A stretch of 64,000 nt of DNA. Source: Parcubacteria group bacterium Licking1014_17 (lineage in GTDB: Bacteria > Patescibacteriota > Minisyncoccia > 2-02-FULL-40-12 > IGHO2-01-FULL-4-A). The first letter of the stretch is position 1; the number at the start of each line of letters is the position of its first letter. The stretch spans positions 113,922 through 177,921 of the forward strand of contig VMGJ01000001.1 of NCBI GenBank assembly GCA_007376485.1, in the 5' to 3' direction. Made by a program: the position numbers and the translations under genes. Shown piece after piece: positions 1 to 9,740 of the stretch. The notes beneath the pieces are model-generated. The model worked only from the letters and a program-made list of their open reading frames with translations. It did no database searches and had not been told where the DNA came from.

Positions 1-127
1 GTATGGCTCTCACCCTATGAGGTGACAGTGAGAATAACCCCAGTTTTCTCGTGGGAGGAGCTCTCTCCTTCCATCGAAAAAGTCCTTCTGAAACATTTGG
101 CGACGGCGGCTTAATCGCCCCGCGCAG

Positions 128-167
128 AAAGCCCCGAGCTTCCTCTGTCGCGGGGCTTTCTGTTTTT
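128..167 (+). terminator. Rho-independent terminator-like hairpin (AAGCCCCG...CGGGGCTT) followed by a T7 run
   Basis: An 8-bp GC-rich stem at 129-136/151-158 followed by TCTGTTTTTT. It is nearly identical to the hairpin at 24313-24353. Confidence 0.55.
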
Positions 168-238
168 TATGTTTACTGATCATGGAATATAAATATCCAC
201 AGCCCAGAGTAAATCACGAAGCAAGGTTTAAAAGCGCG

Positions 239-247
239 TGTTATAAT
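239..247 (+). promoter_or_regulatory. Extended -10 element (TGTTATAAT), placing the ATG at 255 near the transcript start (possibly leaderless)
   Basis: TGnTATAAT lies 7-8 nt upstream of the ATG at 255. No convincing -35 or Shine-Dalgarno was found. Confidence 0.35.
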
Positions 248-254
248 ATGCGTA

Positions 255-1184
255 ATGGTCTCCTGGCTAAAAAGGACTTTTGTCCCGTACAAAGATAATA
301 AATACACACCCCATCTTCTGAAAAAACGGGGTATTATTTCGGTTATTGTAATTATTGTCCTGATTGAAGCGCTGTTTCTTGCTTCGGCTTTCATTATTTA
401 CCCGAACACCAACTTCCTTTCGCTGATTTTGCCGAACGTGCTTGTGGATTTGGTTAATCAATCAAGAAAGACCGTAAATGCCTCAACACTCGCGGTGAAT
501 CCCTTATTGGAGAAAGCCGCCCAGCTCAAAGCTGAAGATATGGTAAAGAAAGGTTATTTCGCCCATGTGAGCCCCGAGGGCACTGACCCATGGTATTGGC
601 TGAAACAAGCCGGCTATCAATATACCGCAGCCGGTGAAAATCTTGCCGTTAATTTTATTGAATCGAAGGAGGTCCATGACGCGTGGATGAACTCGGCGAC
701 ACACAGAGCGAATATAGTGAACGGCAAATACATGGAAATCGGCATTGCTACCGCCAAAGGAATTTATAAAAATCAGGAGGCGTGGTATGTCGTCCAATTT
801 TTCGGACGCCCGGCAAAATATGTCCGCGAAGCAATGCCGATTAATTTATCGGGCAAGAAAACAACCATGGCTCCGGAGACATCGGGACAAATGGCGGTAA
901 TTACAGAGATATTGCTTGGCGCGATAAACCCTTCGGCTAAAAATCAATCGGATTATTTGGGCCATTTGCTGACTTCGCCGAAATCCATATTCGACGGTTT
1001 GCTTGAAGCCGTACTGCTGGCTTGTGGAACGGTCATGGTTATTTCGCTGGCGCATCCGGACAAAAACGGCAGGAAGAAAAGAAAGATAAATATTTGGCGG
1101 GTGTCGGCGATAATGACACTGACGTTAATTGTCATCGTGTTAAATCAATTCGTATTCAGTCTATTAAAAGGAGTAATAAACTAA
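255..1184 (+). CDS. Membrane-anchored CAP/SCP (cysteine-rich secretory protein-like) domain protein
   Basis: An N-terminal TM segment followed by the GYFAHVSPEG...HDAWMNSATHRANI motif typical of SCP/CAP-domain extracellular proteins. A second C-terminal TM segment is present. Confidence 0.55.
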   Translation: MVSWLKRTFVPYKDNKYTPHLLKKRGIISVIVIIVLIEALFLASAFIIYPNTNFLSLILPNVLVDLVNQSRKTVNASTLAVNPLLEKAAQLKAEDMVKKGYFAHVSPEGTDPWYWLKQAGYQYTAAGENLAVNFIESKEVHDAWMNSATHRANIVNGKYMEIGIATAKGIYKNQEAWYVVQFFGRPAKYVREAMPINLSGKKTTMAPETSGQMAVITEILLGAINPSAKNQSDYLGHLLTSPKSIFDGLLEAVLLACGTVMVISLAHPDKNGRKKRKINIWRVSAIMTLTLIVIVLNQFVFSLLKGVIN

Positions 1185-1193
1185 GCCTATAAA

Positions 1194-2750
1194 TTGGTGG
1201 TATCCATAAGTATAAATAAATTATCTAAGTCTAAGAGTTTTAGAATCTCAAAGCGTTCTTTTTTGATTTTGTCTTTTTTGCTCACGTATATTCTGGTGGT
1301 ACTGGTGCCGTCAAATTTCGCCTTTGGTGATACTGCCGGACCAAATAGCCCCGGTATGAATATAGAGAATTCTTTGGTAGGAACAGTTCATTGGACTAAT
1401 ATGGACGACGATAAAGTATCCGACAATAGGTATACGACCAGTACGGGAAATATGAATAGTGGTGATGCCACTGTTTATCTGGAAGCAACTAATTTTGGCT
1501 TTTCGATTCCAGCCGGTGCAATAATTGAAGGTATTTCAGTAAATGTTGAAAGGAAAGCCAACGATACGAGCTTTTTTGATAACGCGATACGGATTGTAAA
1601 AAATAGAACGATAGGGACGACTGATAAGTCAAGTAGCAACGCATGGCCTATCAGCGACGGTACTATCACTTATGGCGGTACCTCTGATTTATGGGGAGAG
1701 ACCTGGACAGATACAGATATTAATAGCGCGAACTTCGGTTTTGCTATTTCGGTAAAAAAAGTTGGCGGGAGCAACAATAAAAAACCATCTATCGATTGGA
1801 TTAATATTACGGTAACTTACCATATACCAACACCTACTCCGACACCCACACCAACCCCAACCGACACTCCCACACCAACTCCGCCCCCGTCTCCGACACC
1901 AACAAGCACTCCCACACCGACCCCCACGCCCACGCCAACCCCTACACTAACCCCAACCCCTTCTCCGACTCCAACTCCTACGTCCACTTCTACTCCTACT
2001 CCCACGCCGACTGAAACCCCTACCCCTACCCCTCAAGAAAATGCAACCCTAACAATTATAACCAGGGTTAATAACACCCACGGGGGCACTCTTAATTCAT
2101 CCAACATTAAAACCCATGTAAGAACACCGGCAGGATATGTTTATTTACGGCAGAATTGGTTTATAGAATTTTTAATCAAGACCGCGGTTGCCGATATAAA
2201 CAATTCGGGCAGTGATGTTTCCGGTAGCCCCGCCGACGGTTCAGACGCTGGAATTTCATATTCATTGACTCCGGGAAATTATATAGTCGGTGAAGACGGT
2301 CCGCCGAGCGGCTATGAATTTAAGGGTTTCGGGGGCGACTGTGCGCCGGACGGATATATCACCCTTAACTATAACGACAATAAATCATGCACTTTGACTA
2401 ACGGCGATATTAACGGGGCTTTTAACCCAAGCGGTGGGGGTGGAGGCGGTGGTGGTGTCGCCGGAGCAAGCATTGAATTGCCCGAACAGAATCAAGTAAA
2501 CAATCCGGATCAGATTTCGTATTCTGTTCCCAATGCCGGAGAACTATCATCACCCGAGGCTCCAGTAAGTGAAGACGAGATATTGGGAGCCAGCATAACG
2601 CTTCCAGAAACAGGTTCGAATTTAGCACTCGGAGCTTTATACTTATTATTTATTTCTTTGATTATAACGGGGCTTGTGATGATTTTCATGGCGATCAGCG
2701 TAAGGCTGTCTATCAAAAGGAGTTTCAAGAGATATAAATTATACACGTAA
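1194..2750 (+). CDS. Sortase-anchored (LPXTG) cell-surface protein with Pro/Thr-rich linker and Gly-rich tract
   Basis: A signal-peptide-like N-terminus, a long (TP)n linker and a G10 run. The C-terminus carries LPETG followed by a hydrophobic segment and a KRSFKRYK tail, which is the classic sorting signal. The start codon is uncertain (TTG/GTG). Confidence 0.6.
   Translation: MVVSISINKLSKSKSFRISKRSFLILSFLLTYILVVLVPSNFAFGDTAGPNSPGMNIENSLVGTVHWTNMDDDKVSDNRYTTSTGNMNSGDATVYLEATNFGFSIPAGAIIEGISVNVERKANDTSFFDNAIRIVKNRTIGTTDKSSSNAWPISDGTITYGGTSDLWGETWTDTDINSANFGFAISVKKVGGSNNKKPSIDWINITVTYHIPTPTPTPTPTPTDTPTPTPPPSPTPTSTPTPTPTPTPTPTLTPTPSPTPTPTSTSTPTPTPTETPTPTPQENATLTIITRVNNTHGGTLNSSNIKTHVRTPAGYVYLRQNWFIEFLIKTAVADINNSGSDVSGSPADGSDAGISYSLTPGNYIVGEDGPPSGYEFKGFGGDCAPDGYITLNYNDNKSCTLTNGDINGAFNPSGGGGGGGGVAGASIELPEQNQVNNPDQISYSVPNAGELSSPEAPVSEDEILGASITLPETGSNLALGALYLLFISLIITGLVMIFMAISVRLSIKRSFKRYKLYT
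1823..2030 (+). repeat. Tandem low-complexity coding repeat (ACNCCN)n encoding the (Thr-Pro)n linker
   Basis: A visible ccaacaccgac / ccgactcc periodicity. The GV-rich antisense ORF at 1817-2005 is an artefact of this repeat. Confidence 0.7.
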
Positions 2751-2816
2751 TCTTTTGCTTGCTATATTGGCCGCATCTTCTTATAATTTAATTAATAAAC
2801 ATTTAACTTAATTAAT

Positions 2817-3077
2817 ATGGATACAATAAGAAACATATTGCTGGGGGATATGACGCAAATAGCTGGTAATTTTCTGTGGCTCCTTTTGCTGTTGACCGTT
2901 TGGTCGATTTGCTGGAAGGGAGTGGCTCTCTGGAAAGCCGGTCGCGCCGGAAGCAAATGGTGGTTTGTGATTCTTTTGATTGTTAACACAGTCGGCATTC
3001 TGGAAATTCTCTACATTTTTATTTTCAGCAAGATGGGAAAGTCGGGTCAAACGTCTCGCGCGGTCAATCAGATTTAG
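2817..3077 (+). CDS. Small two-TM membrane protein
   Basis: A hydrophobic 86-aa ORF containing WKAGRAGSKWWFV..NTVGILEILY. It is tightly packed upstream of the SDR gene. Confidence 0.35.
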   Translation: MDTIRNILLGDMTQIAGNFLWLLLLLTVWSICWKGVALWKAGRAGSKWWFVILLIVNTVGILEILYIFIFSKMGKSGQTSRAVNQI

Positions 3078-3079
3078 AC

Positions 3080-3763
3080 ATGGAATTACAAGGAAAAGTT
3101 GTTGTTATAACCGGTGGTGCCGGAGGGTTGGGTAAGATTACGGCCGAACTCGCCATAAAAGCCGGCGCGCAAGTTATCCTTAGCGATTTTTCTGTTGACC
3201 AATTAAACGAAACAGCCGCTAAAATCGGCGCAACTCCGGTAGCGGCCGACGTGTCGAAAGAGCAGGATATTATTAACCTTGCCAGCGCCGCAGTCGGCAA
3301 GTTCGATAGAATTGACGTTTGGATAAATAACGCCGGTATCTGGATGCCCCATACACCCGCGGAGGAAATGGACCTGAATAAAGTACGGAAAATGTTCGAC
3401 GTCAACATTTTTGGCACAATATACGGTTCAATCTCGGCTATAAAACAAATGAAACACCAAGGCTCGGGCGTGATTGTGAATATTATATCTGCTAGCGCCC
3501 TTGAGGGCAGGCCTCTGTCGTCGGGTTATTGCGCGAGCAAGTTCGCCGTCTCTGGATTTACTAAATCCATAAGAGAAGAATTGAGACAATCCGGCATTAA
3601 GGTAATTGGAATATATCCCGATAAAATGAAGACGGGTTTATTTAATGAAAATAAACCCGCGGATTATGACAGCTATTTATCTCCGGAATATGTGGCAAAC
3701 AGAATAGTCGTTAACCTGCAAAATAAGGTTCAGATGGAGGAACTGGTTGTTAAAAGCGCATAG
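3080..3763 (+). CDS. Short-chain dehydrogenase/reductase (SDR) family oxidoreductase
   Basis: TGGAGGLG Rossmann motif, NNAG, and the catalytic YxxxK region (YCASKFAV). Confidence 0.8.
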   Translation: MELQGKVVVITGGAGGLGKITAELAIKAGAQVILSDFSVDQLNETAAKIGATPVAADVSKEQDIINLASAAVGKFDRIDVWINNAGIWMPHTPAEEMDLNKVRKMFDVNIFGTIYGSISAIKQMKHQGSGVIVNIISASALEGRPLSSGYCASKFAVSGFTKSIREELRQSGIKVIGIYPDKMKTGLFNENKPADYDSYLSPEYVANRIVVNLQNKVQMEELVVKSA

Positions 3764-3772
3764 GAGCACACT

Positions 3773-4792
3773 ATGGACACAATCAATTATGCCACTAAAT
3801 TCGCGGTAGACACCGTTTATCTGGCTTTTGGCGAGCAGAATGTCCGCACATTCGTGAAATTCTGGTCTGTCGCAATTGAGAAACTGCCGCCGGTTATTAT
3901 TTTTCTTTTTGCCTTGACACTTTTCAGTCATGTTATTTATATGGTATCGCTGAAACTGCCTTTGTATAAATATCCCGGATATATTATCGGCAAAATAGCG
4001 AGATTTTTGCACATCGCCCCGTGGAGAAAACCGTGGGGGATAGTTTACGATTCCGTGACAAAAAAACCTGTAGTCGGAGCACAAGTGGAAATTTTAAATA
4101 AGGACTTTCATATTCTTGAAACGAGAAATACGGATGAGCTGGGGCGCTACGCATTTTTAGTGGGGCAGGAGACGCTGGTTAATGAAGAACTTATATTTAA
4201 AATCAATGTTATCAAAGACGGCTACAAATTTCCGTCTTCAAGAGTGACGTCACACAAAGACACCTATAATATTAAAGATGTTTATTTGGGAGAATTCCTA
4301 ACTCATAATCCGAAATTATTGGTAAATTTCAATATTCCTCTGGACCCGTCGGGTGTTGAGATTAAACCGGAAAAAACATTATTAAGGGGGGTGTCATTAA
4401 AAACCATACAAATATTGCTTCTACTGGGCTCACTGCTTTATATCGTATATTTTCCCTACGATACGAGCATAAAAAATATCATATTCGCCATAATTTTATT
4501 TTGTGTGGGTCTTTATGCTTCAGGGGACAAGAAAGACAACCACCTGTTTTACGGCTTTACGCTTGATAAAAATAGGAGCCCCCTACCCCATACTCTGCTT
4601 ATTTTAAAAAGCGAGTCCGGCATGCAGGCGGGAATTGCCACTTCCGATTCGCAGGGAAGGTTTTTTATGCTGACTAAGCCCGGTAAATACATATTGCACG
4701 CGAAAACTCCCGGAGGCGTCCAGCCGTTCCGCCAAGCAGAACTGACGGTTAAAACAGGCGACGGCTGGATAGCTCCAACGGTCAGTCTGTAA
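3773..4792 (+). CDS. Membrane protein with two carboxypeptidase-regulatory-like (beta-sandwich) domains
   Basis: Central TM helices. Segments resembling G.V.D..T..P..GA.V......TD..G.Y.F occur twice. Confidence 0.4.
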   Translation: MDTINYATKFAVDTVYLAFGEQNVRTFVKFWSVAIEKLPPVIIFLFALTLFSHVIYMVSLKLPLYKYPGYIIGKIARFLHIAPWRKPWGIVYDSVTKKPVVGAQVEILNKDFHILETRNTDELGRYAFLVGQETLVNEELIFKINVIKDGYKFPSSRVTSHKDTYNIKDVYLGEFLTHNPKLLVNFNIPLDPSGVEIKPEKTLLRGVSLKTIQILLLLGSLLYIVYFPYDTSIKNIIFAIILFCVGLYASGDKKDNHLFYGFTLDKNRSPLPHTLLILKSESGMQAGIATSDSQGRFFMLTKPGKYILHAKTPGGVQPFRQAELTVKTGDGWIAPTVSL

Positions 4793-4835
4793 AATTTTTG
4801 AAGTTTGAGAATTAGGGTGTTAGAATGAATTATAG

Positions 4836-4982
4836 ATGAAAAAAGTACTTGCCTTACTGGTATTTATTGTCCCTTATCTGTTTTTGAGCATTGTGATGAG
4901 GGGTTTCAGCCCTGCCGGCTTGGGCGTATACCTTTTAGGTGTTTTGTATCTGGCTACAATTATGTTAATGGAGCGCTATTAA
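4836..4982 (+). CDS. Putative 48-aa hydrophobic hairpin membrane peptide (not in ORF track)
   Basis: ATG-initiated ORF MKKVLALLVFIVPYLFLSIVMRGFSPAGLGVYLLGVLYLATIMLMERY in an otherwise empty 190-bp gap. The RBS is weak. Confidence 0.25.
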   Translation: MKKVLALLVFIVPYLFLSIVMRGFSPAGLGVYLLGVLYLATIMLMERY

Positions 4983-4986
4983 CATC

Positions 4987-5883
4987 ATGCGCAAAATACT
5001 AACTCTTATATTGATGGGCGTTGCGGTTTTTTCCGCCGGCTATTTTTTTGACAAATATGAAAAAAATACCTGCCGGGCGGGGGTGGCCTATTCCATCGGG
5101 AATGTTGACCAAAAATTCAATGTCAGCGAAGAACAGTTGATTGAGGTTGCGTCAAAGTCCGAGAGTATGTGGGAAAAAGCGGTCGGACGCGATATGTTTC
5201 ATTATGACCCGAAAGCCAAGCTGGCTGTAAATTTGATTTTTGACGACCGTCAGCAGTCGGCGATCAATGAGACAAAATCCAGAGAAAAAATCGCCGCCCT
5301 TGAACAATCATATGAAGGATCATTTAAAAAACACGAATCTCTTACTGACCAGTACAAGGAACAGGCAAAATTGTACGACGAGCTTTTATCGGCTTATAAC
5401 GAATCATTGAATTCCTACAATAGCCTGGTAAATTACTGGAACAACAACGGCGGCGCTCCGGACGATATTTACAATGACCTGGAACAGAAGAAGGCGAGCC
5501 TAAGCGGACAATTTGATAATCTTGAAATAAAAAGAAACGATTTAAACAGTTTGGCTGCCCGCGTCAATGACCTTGGCAAACAGCTTGCTAATATTACAAG
5601 CACCCACAATTCGAACGTTGACCATTATAACGTTCAATTCAGCGCGCCGAAAAGATTTGATCAGGGAGATTTTTCCCAAAACACGATTAACATTTATCAA
5701 TTTAGTGATATTAATGATTTGACTTTGGTTATGGCGCACGAGATGGGACACGCTTTTGGGCTTGAACATATTACGAGTTCCGCGTCCGTGATGAACGCGC
5801 TTATGGAAGGGCAGGACAGAAGTAATTTGGCGATCACGGCTGATGATTTGAACGCGGTTAAAATTAAATGCGGATATAAATGA
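4987..5883 (+). CDS. Matrixin-like zinc metalloprotease with N-terminal anchor and coiled-coil region
   Basis: HEMGHAFGLEH (HExxHxxGxxH) followed by a Met-turn (SVM). The N-terminus is hydrophobic. Confidence 0.6.
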   Translation: MRKILTLILMGVAVFSAGYFFDKYEKNTCRAGVAYSIGNVDQKFNVSEEQLIEVASKSESMWEKAVGRDMFHYDPKAKLAVNLIFDDRQQSAINETKSREKIAALEQSYEGSFKKHESLTDQYKEQAKLYDELLSAYNESLNSYNSLVNYWNNNGGAPDDIYNDLEQKKASLSGQFDNLEIKRNDLNSLAARVNDLGKQLANITSTHNSNVDHYNVQFSAPKRFDQGDFSQNTINIYQFSDINDLTLVMAHEMGHAFGLEHITSSASVMNALMEGQDRSNLAITADDLNAVKIKCGYK

Positions 5884-7616
5884 TAATCATGGACCATAAA
5901 ACGCTAAGGAAGAAATTTCTTGATTTTTTCGAAAAGAGGGGGCATAAAGTCGTACCCTCATCTTCGCTCATTCCAACCGACCCGTCGGTTTTGTTTACTA
6001 CTGCCGGCATGCAGCAGTTTAAACCGTATTACACCGGCGATGCAGACGCGATGAAGGATTTTGGCTCGCTTAATGTCGCGTCAATCCAAAGATGCCTGCG
6101 CACCTCCGATATTGATGAAGTTGGCGACGAGAGCCACCTGACTTTTTTTGAAATGCTCGGCAATTTTTCCTTCGGCGGTTACGGTAAAAAAGAAGCGATT
6201 GAATATGCTTATGAATTTATTAAAGAACTGGGGCTAAAAATTGATTATGTTTCGGTATTCGGCGGAGGGGAAGGGATTCCGGCTGATGAGGAATCGGAAA
6301 AAATCTGGCAGGCAGTTAATCCTTTGCTGGAAATCAAAAAAACCGGCCGGGACGATAATTTCTGGGGACCTACGGGTGACGAAGGACCCTGTGGCCCGAC
6401 AACCGAGATTTTTATTAATGGCGTTGAGATATGGAATATCGTTTTCAACCAGTATTTTCAGGAAAAAGACAAAACCCTGCGGCCAATAAAACTGGGCATT
6501 GATACCGGCATGGGTTTTGAGCGGCTTCTGGCGACCGTCCGGGGCGTAAAAAATATTTTTGAAACGGATTTATTTTTGCCGATTATTGAATTATTACCCG
6601 GGGATTTATCCGAGAAAAACAAAAGGATAATTGCCGACCATTTAAAAGCGGCGACATTTCTGTTGGCAGAAGGGGTAAAGCCTTCAAATAAGGGGTCGGA
6701 ATATGTATTGCGCCGGCTTATACGCAAAGTCGTAGTTTTCGAGCATTTAAATGTAAATTTATTTTCTAAAACCGAATCAGCAATAAGTAAGGTTATGGAA
6801 ATTTATTCAGGAATATATCCGGAACTCAATAATACGGAGATAATTTCTGAATTTAAAGGTGAAAGAGATAAGTTTAATAAAACGTCAATTCAGGGGATTA
6901 AAGAAGCGGAAAAGATAACAAAAGAAGACTTAGAAGATCCTATAAAGTTAGGAAATATAGTTTTTCATATTCATGAATCTTTTGGATTGCCGCCCGATGC
7001 AACCACGGAAATTTTAAGAAATCGGGGGTTTGATAATTTTATCGTTGAAGATTTTAAAAATACTATAGCGGCAAGGCGAGCTGAACACCAGGAAATATCC
7101 CGTGCCGGAGCTGAAAAAAAGTTTGGCGGGCATGGGTTGATTTTGGACACCGACGAACTGAAAGCCGGCAACGAAGAAGAATTGGCAAAAGTTACCCGCC
7201 TGCACACAGCCACGCATTTGCTTTTAGCCGCCCTAAGAGAAGTTTTTGGGCAGGAAATTGAACAAAGGGGGTCGGATATAACCCCGGAAAGATTAAGGTT
7301 TGATTTTAATTTTCCGAGAAAATTATCGTTCGAAGAATTGAAAAGGGCGGAAGATATAGTCGATAGCGCTATCGCGGCAGATATGACGGTTTCTTTTGAG
7401 GAAATGGATTTGGAAGACGCGAAAAAATCCGGCGCCAGGTTTTTACCCGGCGAAAAATATCCAGAGAAAGTAAAAGTTTATTTTATCGGGGCATTATCTA
7501 AAGAACTTTGCGGCGGTCCACACGTTTCAAAGACAAGCGAAATCGGCACGTTTATAATAACCAAGGAGGAAGCCGTATCCGCTGGTATAAGGCGTATTAG
7601 GGCTATAGTTAAATAG
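5880..7616 (+). CDS. alaS: Alanine--tRNA ligase, short form lacking the C-Ala domain
   Basis: The N-terminus LRKKFLDFFEKRGHKVVPSSSLIPTDPSVLFTTAGMQQFKP is the AlaRS catalytic core. Editing-domain motifs HTATHLL and CGGPHV are present. The protein is 578 aa against roughly 870 for canonical AlaRS. Confidence 0.85.
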   Translation: MIIMDHKTLRKKFLDFFEKRGHKVVPSSSLIPTDPSVLFTTAGMQQFKPYYTGDADAMKDFGSLNVASIQRCLRTSDIDEVGDESHLTFFEMLGNFSFGGYGKKEAIEYAYEFIKELGLKIDYVSVFGGGEGIPADEESEKIWQAVNPLLEIKKTGRDDNFWGPTGDEGPCGPTTEIFINGVEIWNIVFNQYFQEKDKTLRPIKLGIDTGMGFERLLATVRGVKNIFETDLFLPIIELLPGDLSEKNKRIIADHLKAATFLLAEGVKPSNKGSEYVLRRLIRKVVVFEHLNVNLFSKTESAISKVMEIYSGIYPELNNTEIISEFKGERDKFNKTSIQGIKEAEKITKEDLEDPIKLGNIVFHIHESFGLPPDATTEILRNRGFDNFIVEDFKNTIAARRAEHQEISRAGAEKKFGGHGLILDTDELKAGNEEELAKVTRLHTATHLLLAALREVFGQEIEQRGSDITPERLRFDFNFPRKLSFEELKRAEDIVDSAIAADMTVSFEEMDLEDAKKSGARFLPGEKYPEKVKVYFIGALSKELCGGPHVSKTSEIGTFIITKEEAVSAGIRRIRAIVK

Positions 7617-7704
7617 AACCAAAAAATAAGCGGGCATAATTAGTAGCGGGCATATAACAGCGGTTTGTGGATATATTTGCCGGTTCGTATGATATAATCT
7701 TTAC

Positions 7705-9582
7705 ATGGCTGTAACAAGAATTATTAATGTCCAGCGCAGTGATTCATTCGAGGACGTTTTCGGCGTCTTTAAGAATATTGAGGCGCAGGAAGTTATTTTT
7801 ATATTTCCAAAAGGATCCAAATTGTCGAAAAAGCAGGATTATTTTAACAAGATAAAAGGCGAGGCGGATGAAAGGAATATCAAAGTCAGTGTAATGACCA
7901 GCGACCCCATTATTACGCTGCTTGCGTCGGCACAGGGGCTGGAAATACTGGAAACCCCGTTATTCAGAAAAGCGCAAGGGGAAGCGACCTTGGCATCCGC
8001 GGCGGTAACTGATGATGTCGCTATTGATAACGAAAAAGAAGAAGACGCCGAAGGGGAAACTATTAAAAAGGACGAGACAGAAGAGAATATAGATGATGAT
8101 AAAACTGCAGATAAAAGTATTGAAGAAAATATTGGGAATGACGAGGAAGAAAAAGAAATTAAAGATGATGAGCAAGCTATAGGCAAAGAAACGGATACTG
8201 ACGACAATCCGCTTGGCGAAGCCACGGATTACGAAGAAAATGAACTCGTGCCCGAAGCCGTGCTGGCGGCACAAGGAAAAGGCAAGCCGGGGCACGAGCC
8301 CAAATTTGCCGACGTTATAACATCAGGAATCAAAAAAAGAATATCCGCCACGGAGAAAACAAAAGCCAATATTATGCGAATGTGGGCGGCAAACGATAAT
8401 AACAGACACCACGCGGTAAGTCATCTGAAAAATAGAAGCGGCTCCGGGCACAGTTGGAAAAAAATATTCGGGTACTCGTTTGGCGGGGTAATTGTTATTA
8501 TGGCAATCCTATTTTTTGTCGTTAAGGGCAATGCCGAGGTCACAATTAAGCCCCAGAAACATGACGTTAATTTCAATTTACGTGTTGCGGCTTCAACAAA
8601 TGTGACAGCTGTGGACGCCGAAAGCGGCAAAATACCGGGACAATTGTTTGATGCTAAAGTCCAGGAATCGGGAAAATATAAAGCGTCGGGCAGCAAGGAT
8701 GTAGCCCAGAAAGCCTACGGTAAAATTGTAATTTATAATGAGTTGACCGAACCACAGCGTTTAGTGGCGACCACGAGATTCGAATCGGATAAAGGGCTGA
8801 TTTTCAGAATACCCCAGTCGATAAACGTGCCGGCAGCCACCAGAGTCAGCTCCGGCGTGGTGCCCGGAAAAATTGAATCTATCGTCTACGCGGACAGAGC
8901 CGGTGCTGATTACAATATCGCGGCGGGCAGATTTACGGTACCGGGATTTAAAGGCACGCCGAAATATGATAAGTTTTACGGGATTTCGGACAAACCGATG
9001 TCCGGCGGCATAATCGGACCCTCAAGCATCGTTTTGGAAATGGATTATATTAACGCCCAGAATGAACTTACAAAAAAAGTGCGCGATTCTTCTTTGGCCG
9101 CCCTAAAAGACCAAACCGGAGATCTCAAGGTGCTGGATTCATTCAAAATAGCTTTGGGCGAGCCCAATGCCAACGCGAAAGCCGGCGAAGCCGCGAGCGA
9201 GTTGCAGATGACCATCAGCGCCAATGCCAAAACAATTGCCTTCCGTGAAACGGACATCAATGCACTGATAAACCACTATATGGATAATAACAGCGATTAT
9301 GAATTACTGCAGAAAGGGCTGGATATCCAATATAGCAGTGCATCTTTCAGCAGCGATGATAAAGAGTTAAGTTTTATTGTCTACGTCAAGGGGCAAGCCG
9401 TGTCCAAGATTGATAAAGATAAAATTGCCAAAGATATTGCCGGTTTAAACGAGAGCGATTTGAAGGTTTATATCAAAAAAGTGGAAGAAATCGAATCAGC
9501 CAAAATAGTCCTTTCTCCATTTTGGATAAGAAAATTGCCTAAGGATATCTCGCGAATCAAGGTGATTATTGATACCGAATAA
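7705..9582 (+). CDS. Large hypothetical single-pass membrane protein with acidic low-complexity linker
   Basis: A cytoplasmic N-domain, a D/E-rich tract, one TM helix (IFGYSFGGVIVIMAILFFVV) and a roughly 350-aa extracytoplasmic domain. No recognisable family. Confidence 0.45.
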   Translation: MAVTRIINVQRSDSFEDVFGVFKNIEAQEVIFIFPKGSKLSKKQDYFNKIKGEADERNIKVSVMTSDPIITLLASAQGLEILETPLFRKAQGEATLASAAVTDDVAIDNEKEEDAEGETIKKDETEENIDDDKTADKSIEENIGNDEEEKEIKDDEQAIGKETDTDDNPLGEATDYEENELVPEAVLAAQGKGKPGHEPKFADVITSGIKKRISATEKTKANIMRMWAANDNNRHHAVSHLKNRSGSGHSWKKIFGYSFGGVIVIMAILFFVVKGNAEVTIKPQKHDVNFNLRVAASTNVTAVDAESGKIPGQLFDAKVQESGKYKASGSKDVAQKAYGKIVIYNELTEPQRLVATTRFESDKGLIFRIPQSINVPAATRVSSGVVPGKIESIVYADRAGADYNIAAGRFTVPGFKGTPKYDKFYGISDKPMSGGIIGPSSIVLEMDYINAQNELTKKVRDSSLAALKDQTGDLKVLDSFKIALGEPNANAKAGEAASELQMTISANAKTIAFRETDINALINHYMDNNSDYELLQKGLDIQYSSASFSSDDKELSFIVYVKGQAVSKIDKDKIAKDIAGLNESDLKVYIKKVEEIESAKIVLSPFWIRKLPKDISRIKVIIDTE

Positions 9583-9605
9583 TAAGGATGGTCTTGTTAG
9601 AATCT

Positions 9606-9638
9606 CCCGTATTACCGTTGTTTTTAAACGGTAATACG
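9606..9638 (+). promoter_or_regulatory. Perfect 13-bp stem hairpin (CCGTATTACCGTT/AACGGTAATACGG)
   Basis: An inverted repeat with a 7-nt loop immediately after the 7705-9582 gene. Likely a terminator or processing structure. Confidence 0.45.
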
Positions 9639-9644
9639 GCTAAA

Positions 9645-9673
9645 TTGACACCAAGGTTTTAATTTGTTAGGAT
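9645..9673 (+). promoter_or_regulatory. Sigma70-like promoter TTGACA-N17-TAGGAT upstream of infA; a TATAAT also lies at 9694-9699
   Basis: Consensus -35 with a reasonable -10. Position suits the start of the infA-rpmJ-rpsM operon. Confidence 0.4.
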
Positions 9674-9740
9674 CGGTAAGTTGCCGAAATTAGTATAATT
9701 TAGCTGTCATTGGGCAGAAGCGGTTTTTGATTAACGAAAT

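Noticed and set aside
1-127. Possibility that the first 127 nt are the 3' end of tmRNA, RNase P RNA, SRP RNA or 5S rRNA
   Set aside because: No conserved motifs of those RNAs were found by eye (no tRNA-like acceptor/T-arm, no P4 or domain IV). Only the terminal hairpin is annotated.
1817-2005. GV-rich 62-aa antisense ORF and other antisense ORFs within 1194-2750
   Set aside because: They are artefacts of the (ACNCCN)n Thr-Pro coding repeat and fully overlap a well-supported CDS.
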